A stretch of 64,000 nt of DNA from IMG/VR virus record IMGVR_UViG_3300032770_000015, positions 24,563 through 88,562 of that record; one strand, 5' to 3'. This DNA is from a virus. The notes under the pieces were generated by a model. The model did no database searches. It saw only the letters and a program-made list of their open reading frames with translations, and was not told where the DNA came from. Both the position numbers and the translations under genes were made by a program. Shown here piece after piece: positions 58,684-64,000 of the stretch. How positions within the stretch are numbered: position 1 is the first letter of the stretch; each line of letters begins with the position of its first letter.

Positions 58684-59102
58684 GCGGACTCTCCTGGGGT
58701 GATGTCACCCTGGATGATGACGAGCCCGGCGCGCATCGCGTCGGGCATCTTGACGTTGGCGACCACATCGTGGGCCGTGAGGGTCATCGTCTGCGCCTCG
58801 TAGCCCACGGGCCAGCGGCGCAGCCACCAGGCGGGCGCCCAGCGCTCCTTGAACGCCTGGACCCACGTGGCCGGATACCGGACCGTGAGCGTCTTACTAG
58901 CGAACTTGTCGCTGTAGAGCTGTAGGTCGAGTGTCAGGATCAGGCGCTCGGCCTCCTCGATGAGGCACGGCCGCAGCTCCCCGAGCAGCGGGGCCATACG
59001 GCGCGGAATGAACCGGCTGATGCTGACCCAGATGTCCTTCTTGAGCTCGACGAGGTTCATGGGAACCGTCGCGCAGGGATCGGTGTCGTCGGGGGTCGTC
59101 AT
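58680..59102 (-). CDS. Hypothetical protein
   Basis: 140 aa. YPATWVQAFKERWAP.W..RRWPV motif. ATGA coupling. Confidence 0.6.
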   Translation of the reverse strand: MTTPDDTDPCATVPMNLVELKKDIWVSISRFIPRRMAPLLGELRPCLIEEAERLILTLDLQLYSDKFASKTLTVRYPATWVQAFKERWAPAWWLRRWPVGYEAQTMTLTAHDVVANVKMPDAMRAGLVIIQGDITPGESA

Positions 59103-60052
59103 TCTTTGATCGCCTCGATGAGCGCGTATGGCTCGTGGTGGTGGAACCGCTTCGCATACTGGGGGTGCGGTACCTCGACGTAGCGGACGCCCCACTCGTC
59201 ACACCAGGGCGTGACGCGCTTCCGGCACCAGGCGGCGGCGATCCGGCCGAGCGCGATGACCTTGTAGGGCTCGAGCGCGTCGAGGAAGTCCGCCCGGGTC
59301 GGGCGCCCGTCGGGCCGCGTGGCGTTGACGAAGTAGAGGCGCCGCTCGCTGACCCCGGCTTCGTCGAGCTGTTCGGCCAGCCACTCATTGCAGCCGCCGC
59401 GGCCGCAGAACGGCGGGTTCTCCCAGCGTAGGCGGCCGGGGCGCCAGCGGTGCGTGTTCGGCGCCTCGCCGACGAGCAACGTGACCCCGGGCCGGAACGA
59501 TCCGCCCCCGGGGCCGAGGTTCCGGGGCGGCGCCGCGTAGAGCACCCGCAGCAGCACCTTCTCCGGGGTCGTCGCCGTATAGTCGTAGACCCACGATTCA
59601 AGCGCCGTGTCGGCCCGCTCGAACCCGGCGTAGACGGCCCGGTACCCGGCCTCGTCGGGGAACATCTCGCCTCCGGCGGCCTTCCGCGCCGCCCAGTTAC
59701 CGTGGGCAACGGCGAACGGCGGCAGGGCGGTGATCAGGATCGCGCCGCGCGATAGGAGGGCGCGCTCGAGCATGCGCTGCCCGGCGATCCCGAGCGCGTC
59801 GCGCCCCCGGTAGATCGGCCCGTACACCTGCTCGCCGATGTGGAACCGGTCGAAGATGACCGACCCCGGGTTCCGGCAGAGGAGGCGCATGGACTCGGTG
59901 AACGGGTCACCGGCGTACACGCCCTGGTGGTAGTAGCTGAACGTGACGCCGTGCGTGTGCCCGAGCTGCTGGAGCGCCCGGGCCAGCTTCGTCTTCCCGG
60001 CGCCGTCCGGCCCTTCGATGATGACGACCTGCCCCGTGCCCGGCTGCCTCAT
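59099..60052 (-). CDS. dNMP (thymidylate-like) kinase fused to uracil-DNA-glycosylase-like domain
   Basis: IIEGPDGAGKT, FDRFHIGE.VYG. C-terminal LVGEAPN...PF...VNA...IALGR.A...VPHPQY. Confidence 0.8.
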   Translation of the reverse strand: MRQPGTGQVVIIEGPDGAGKTKLARALQQLGHTHGVTFSYYHQGVYAGDPFTESMRLLCRNPGSVIFDRFHIGEQVYGPIYRGRDALGIAGQRMLERALLSRGAILITALPPFAVAHGNWAARKAAGGEMFPDEAGYRAVYAGFERADTALESWVYDYTATTPEKVLLRVLYAAPPRNLGPGGGSFRPGVTLLVGEAPNTHRWRPGRLRWENPPFCGRGGCNEWLAEQLDEAGVSERRLYFVNATRPDGRPTRADFLDALEPYKVIALGRIAAAWCRKRVTPWCDEWGVRYVEVPHPQYAKRFHHHEPYALIEAIKE

Positions 60053-60513
60053 AGGTCGGCCCCCACGTACTCGAGGATGCTCCGGAGATCGGGCGGTTCC
60101 CAGCCCGCGGGCTTCACGATGCCCTGCTTCTCGCTCGTCCCGGCCTGCACCTTGCGCATGTTCGCCCCGTGGACCGCATCCCAGCAGGCCTGCCACGGGA
60201 TGCCCATCATCACGGCGCTGCCCAGCGCCACGTACACGAGGTCCACGAGCGCATCGGCCTCGCCGACCGTGTCCTGCGCGATGAGCGCCTTCCGGTACTC
60301 CTCCAGCTCTTCTTTCAGGTGACTGAACCGCTGCGTGGCGACCTCGACGCCGACGGACCGGATCAGGGGGCCGGGACGCGGCCCCTTCGGCAGGTTGAAC
60401 TTCCGGTGGAAGGCCGCCACGTCCTCGGCGTTCGTCGTCGGAATCGGCCGGGCGACCGGCACGCGGGCGCGTTCTATCGCGGCGCGCACGTTGGCTTCCT
60501 CGACGGGCGTCAT
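60049..60513 (-). CDS. MazG-like nucleoside triphosphate pyrophosphohydrolase
   Basis: DV.AFH.KF, EELEE, DALVDLVYVALG, VHGANM.K, KPAGW.PP. Confidence 0.85.
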   Translation of the reverse strand: MTPVEEANVRAAIERARVPVARPIPTTNAEDVAAFHRKFNLPKGPRPGPLIRSVGVEVATQRFSHLKEELEEYRKALIAQDTVGEADALVDLVYVALGSAVMMGIPWQACWDAVHGANMRKVQAGTSEKQGIVKPAGWEPPDLRSILEYVGADL

Positions 60514-61184
60514 CACGTGGCCTCCGCGACCGTGTCCGGCGTCCCGATGTCCTCGGCCTCGACGGGAATCAACCTGAACGGGTAGTCCTGCGCGATCTCC
60601 TGGAGGTGTGGGCCGATCAGGGCGCCCTTCCCCGCCAGGGTCATGACCGTCTTCGACACCGGGACGACGAGCGGGCCGCACCACACCGTCCAGGGCGCCT
60701 GCCCCGTGACCGTCGGCCCCTCCTCGCTGCCGAGCATGTGGGCCTCGGTTTCCCAGACACGGGTAAACCGCCGCGCCGCGGCCCGGTCATCGAGGACGCG
60801 CACGCCGACCCCGAGCCCGAGGGTCGGTGTCGCATCGAGCATGCGCGGGATCGCGTGATCATCCATCAGGTTGTCGCCCGCCAGGACCAGGGCCTCGTCG
60901 TTCAGCACCAGGTCGAGCCCGGTGAGCAGCGCCGGGGCCGGGCCGGTCGGGTATGGTTGCACGATGAAGTGCGTCGCCTCGTGGCCGATGAGCTCACAGA
61001 CGAGGGCGGCGTTCGTCGGCGACACGACGACGATGACCCGCTCACAGAGCTGCTTCGCCTGCCGCACGAGCCGCGCCACCAGGGGCTCGCCGTTCACGAC
61101 CAGCAGGGGCTTCAGGCCGGTCGGGACGATCCCCGCCAGCCGCCGACCCTCGCCCGCCGCCAAGATGACCGCATCAATCGCCAC
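60513..61184 (-). CDS. Sugar-phosphate nucleotidyltransferase
   Basis: AVILAAGEGRRL, KPLLVVNG, VQP.PTG.A.A, LAGDN, DIGT. Confidence 0.85.
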   Translation of the reverse strand: MAIDAVILAAGEGRRLAGIVPTGLKPLLVVNGEPLVARLVRQAKQLCERVIVVVSPTNAALVCELIGHEATHFIVQPYPTGPAPALLTGLDLVLNDEALVLAGDNLMDDHAIPRMLDATPTLGLGVGVRVLDDRAAARRFTRVWETEAHMLGSEEGPTVTGQAPWTVWCGPLVVPVSKTVMTLAGKGALIGPHLQEIAQDYPFRLIPVEAEDIGTPDTVAEAT

Positions 61185-62175
61185 CCTGCTCCTCCTTATC
61201 CCAGGCTGCTGTGATCGTTGGGTCCGCCGTCACGCGGCGGACCACGTGGGGAAATGCCGTCCGCTCGCGGCACCCGGCGCAGGCGCGCGACCGGCGCCCG
61301 TGCTGGAGCTGCCAGCGGTATCGCATGTAGCCCTCGCCGTTCCAGATCTCGACGAGCGACTGCGTGTTCGCGTCGCCGACGACCGTGGTGTTGCCCGGTC
61401 GTTCGGCCTGCTGGGGGTCCACGATGCAGCAGTGGATCACCTTACCGTTCCACAGAACGACGATGTGCCGCGACGGGCGCCCGCACGGTCCCTGGAGCTC
61501 GCGCCGCAGGCGGCCCGGGATCGCGCCCTGCTCGCGGTCAATCCGCTCGTCCTGCCAGTCGTGGAGCCCGGTCGGGTTCCGCTGGTCCTGGACATGCAGG
61601 ATCTTCGCCGTCCCGCTATATTGCCGCCACATCGCGCCGCCCGCCTTCCCCGCGACGGCGAAGGACTTTGGCCAGCGGGCGCGCGGATACAGCTCGTGGA
61701 CGCGGGTCATGATCGCCACGTGCCGCGCGTGCTGCTCGGCGGTGTCGTAGGCGTTCAGGTTGAACACCGTGCACCCGGCCTCGTAGATCTCGATGATCTT
61801 CACGGCGGCCTCGTCCACGGTCAGCTTCGAGATCACGTCGCCGTTCGACGTGACGTGGATCGTGGCGCCCGGCGCCGCCGCCCGGAGCTGGCGGAGGCGC
61901 GGGAGGATCTGCTTGTCCATCAGCGGCTCGTTGCAATTGAACCACTGCACGACGCCCTTCCAGCGGAGCGCGGCGAGCTCGTCGCAGAGCTTCGTGTACA
62001 GGGCGTCGGACATCAGCCGCAGGGCGGTCGGCCGGTTCCTGACCGCGCAGAACCCGCAGGCCCGCGTGCAGGTGCTCGTCGTCTCGAATGTGATGCGTGT
62101 GAACAGCGGGTACGGTTCGGCGCCCCCGAACGCGACCGGGGGCTGAGACGGCAGGGACATGAATCCGGTCTTCAT
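61174..62175 (-). CDS. Radical SAM protein with SPASM/twitch-like C-terminus
   Basis: CTRACGFC, NEPL, SNGD, C.RP......WNG.V..CC, EIWN, CAGC. Confidence 0.9.
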   Translation of the reverse strand: MKTGFMSLPSQPPVAFGGAEPYPLFTRITFETTSTCTRACGFCAVRNRPTALRLMSDALYTKLCDELAALRWKGVVQWFNCNEPLMDKQILPRLRQLRAAAPGATIHVTSNGDVISKLTVDEAAVKIIEIYEAGCTVFNLNAYDTAEQHARHVAIMTRVHELYPRARWPKSFAVAGKAGGAMWRQYSGTAKILHVQDQRNPTGLHDWQDERIDREQGAIPGRLRRELQGPCGRPSRHIVVLWNGKVIHCCIVDPQQAERPGNTTVVGDANTQSLVEIWNGEGYMRYRWQLQHGRRSRACAGCRERTAFPHVVRRVTADPTITAAWDKEEQGGD

Positions 62176-63398
62176 CGGCCGATCTCCTCGAGGCGGGCCA
62201 GCGTCGAGGCGACGCCGCCACGTTCAGCGGTGAACCGCGTGATCAGGTGGCGACGCTGCGCCGCCACGAGCGTTTCCCAGGCGTCCTGGTTGGTGATGAT
62301 GTAGGCGAGCCGTTCCCAGAAGACCTCGACCGTCGGCACGCGGAGCCACGTCGCGAGGAGCCACTCGTCCTGCGTCTGCGCGTCCCGGTGGTGGAGCGGG
62401 ATGACGTGCCCCTGGTCGTCGTACCCCGGGTGGAAGAAGCAGACCGTACCGACGGCGAACATCTCCCAGGGCTTCGATGTCGCCCAGCCCGACCCGGACG
62501 CCGGGAAGGTCATCGTCGCCTTCCACAGGGCGCTGAAGGGCAGCACGTCGGCCTGCGCGATCCGCCGAACCGGCGCGGTCCGGCCCATCTCGGCGAGCCC
62601 GGCGTCGGTCCAGGCGCCGTAGAGCTCGATGCCGTCCACGTCGTCGGGGCCGACCCACTCGCGGATCAGGGCGGCGCGGCCGTTCTGCGCCGCCCGCTTG
62701 TTCTCGTTCGCGATGAGCCCGAACGCGGCCCGGTCCTTGAACGCCGTGTTCCCGTGGACCCAGGTCATGGGGTCGGTGACCCCGGTCAGCTCGACGGCCC
62801 CGTAGGTATAGCGGTAATCGGCCCGGTTGAACACGTCGCCGCCCTGCCAGAAGACGCCCTTGCGCGTCTCGTCGTACTGCGCGAGGATCGGCCGGGACGG
62901 CGGCGCGCGAAAGTCGTGGAGCGCGAAGCGATTGCGCGTATCGCCGCAGAGCCAGATCGCGTCACGGTCGGGGTGCGCGGCGCGCCACGTGTTGACGAGC
63001 GCCGTGACGTAGGCCGCGTAGCGCTCGTCCATCTGAAGCGGGATGATCGGCCCCGACCCGTCGAGCTTCGGGAGCGGGGTTGCGGCCCCGCCGATCTGCC
63101 CGAGCCAGATGACGAGGGCGTCGAGGCGTTCAGCCCACGGGGCCATCGCGGCCATCTCGGCGTCCCGGCCCGCCGTGTGGGCCGCGGCGAGCGTCCCGTC
63201 CCACCACGGGGCGGCGAGCGGGACCGCGAACCCGGCGGCCCGGGGGTCGGAGCGCGTCTTCCCGATGATCGTCCACGCGTCGTGGGGCCGTGCGGCGAGG
63301 AGCCGGTGGAGCGAGTGAACCACGTCGAGCTGGCCCGTGGTCGCGTGCGTGAGGCGCGGTTCCCACGACTGCCCGATCTTAGCGAACCCGATGTTCAT
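62172..63398 (-). CDS. Glycosyltransferase-like protein (GT-B), probable DNA/nucleotide modifier
   Basis: IGFAKIG N-terminus. IELYGAW, SGWATSKPWEM...GTVCFFHPGYD.Q GT-B-like C-terminus. Genomic context. Confidence 0.65.
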   Translation of the reverse strand: MNIGFAKIGQSWEPRLTHATTGQLDVVHSLHRLLAARPHDAWTIIGKTRSDPRAAGFAVPLAAPWWDGTLAAAHTAGRDAEMAAMAPWAERLDALVIWLGQIGGAATPLPKLDGSGPIIPLQMDERYAAYVTALVNTWRAAHPDRDAIWLCGDTRNRFALHDFRAPPSRPILAQYDETRKGVFWQGGDVFNRADYRYTYGAVELTGVTDPMTWVHGNTAFKDRAAFGLIANENKRAAQNGRAALIREWVGPDDVDGIELYGAWTDAGLAEMGRTAPVRRIAQADVLPFSALWKATMTFPASGSGWATSKPWEMFAVGTVCFFHPGYDDQGHVIPLHHRDAQTQDEWLLATWLRVPTVEVFWERLAYIITNQDAWETLVAAQRRHLITRFTAERGGVASTLARLEEIGR

Positions 63399-63895
63399 CG
63401 TCCGTCCTCCCCGGCGCGCCCCGACGCCAGCGGTTCGAGGTAGCGCACGGGCTTGCCCTGCGCCGCGGCGTATTCGATCTCGCCGCGCGTGCTGGCGCCA
63501 ACGTAGCCCCCGATGTTGAGGACCAGCACCTCGTCCGCGAGGTCGATCTTCCGCTTATGCAACTCGTCCAGTGCTGCCTTCTGGCTAAGTGGGTAGCCAG
63601 CATTGGTCAGACCGATGGCCTCGCCGTGCTCCTTGGCGTGCGGGTAGAAGCCAACCGACAACACGATCCTGCCCGCCATCGTCTCATCGTAGTTCGCACG
63701 CTGGAATGCCTCGTAGAATCGCGTCGAGCCGCACAAGCAGACGATTTTCGGGCGGCCGGTCGCGGGGGCCGCCGCCAGCCGCCGCAGCTCGTCGAGCGCC
63801 GCACGCTTGGCCTCCCGGCCCTGCCCGTCCGTGGTGAGTAGGATGCCCTCAAGTTCGTGTTCGCGGTCGCCCACGCCCGGCTCAGGAATGGTCAT
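63395..63895 (-). CDS. Nucleoside 2-deoxyribosyltransferase-like Rossmann protein
   Basis: VCLCGSTRF, LH.RKIDLADEVLVLN.GGY.G.ST..EI.YA...GK.V.Y. Confidence 0.65.
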   Translation of the reverse strand: MTIPEPGVGDREHELEGILLTTDGQGREAKRAALDELRRLAAAPATGRPKIVCLCGSTRFYEAFQRANYDETMAGRIVLSVGFYPHAKEHGEAIGLTNAGYPLSQKAALDELHKRKIDLADEVLVLNIGGYVGASTRGEIEYAAAQGKPVRYLEPLASGRAGEDGR

Positions 63896-64000
63896 AGCCG
63901 CACCTCGTAGTTGGCCGGTACAAGTAGCTTGAACTCAGTCCACAATTCTCCCGATAGGCCAGCCAGTTCCAGCAGTTCGGCGCGCTCCCGCGAGGCCAGC
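63892..64000 (-). CDS. 3' end of a gene entering from beyond the window
   Basis: Open frame ending ...VPANYEVRL* with ATGA overlap. Confidence 0.45.
   Translation of the reverse strand, partial: LASRERAELLELAGLSGELWTEFKLLVPANYEVRL

Overview
This window is a very GC-rich (roughly 70%, judged by eye) segment of a tailed dsDNA phage genome, probably a siphovirus. (1) 1-25548, minus strand: morphogenesis genes, namely tail-tip proteins, tape measure, tail chaperones, two tandem tail-tube paralogues, head-tail joining proteins, P22-type major capsid, scaffold, portal, a repeat-rich fibre, a glycosyltransferase and the large terminase. These are preceded by small late genes, four of which share an N-terminal MAFGNHPDP motif. 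(2) ~25.6-29.1 kb: a divergent non-coding region full of fixed-spacing CGTAA-N19-TTACG and TGTAA-N8-TTACA palindromes. (3) 29.1-47.9 kb, plus strand: an early region of about 50 small genes. Its first intergenic spacers carry seven copies of an unrecognised two-hairpin RNA-like motif. The next carry nine circularly permuted twister self-cleaving ribozymes (P5-like permutation, with internal covariation), nearly all directly after a stop codon and ahead of the next RBS. This ribozyme-punctuated gene array is the standout finding. (4) 48-54.6 kb: nuclease, primase-helicase, dCMP deaminase, peptide deformylase. (5) 54.6-64 kb, minus strand: family A DNA polymerase and a probable DNA-hypermodification cluster (thymidylate-synthase-like protein with Asp at the specificity position, dNMP kinase-UDG-like fusion, MazG-like pyrophosphatase, nucleotidyltransferase, radical SAM, glycosyltransferase). 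All calls are by-eye motif recognition; no searches were run.
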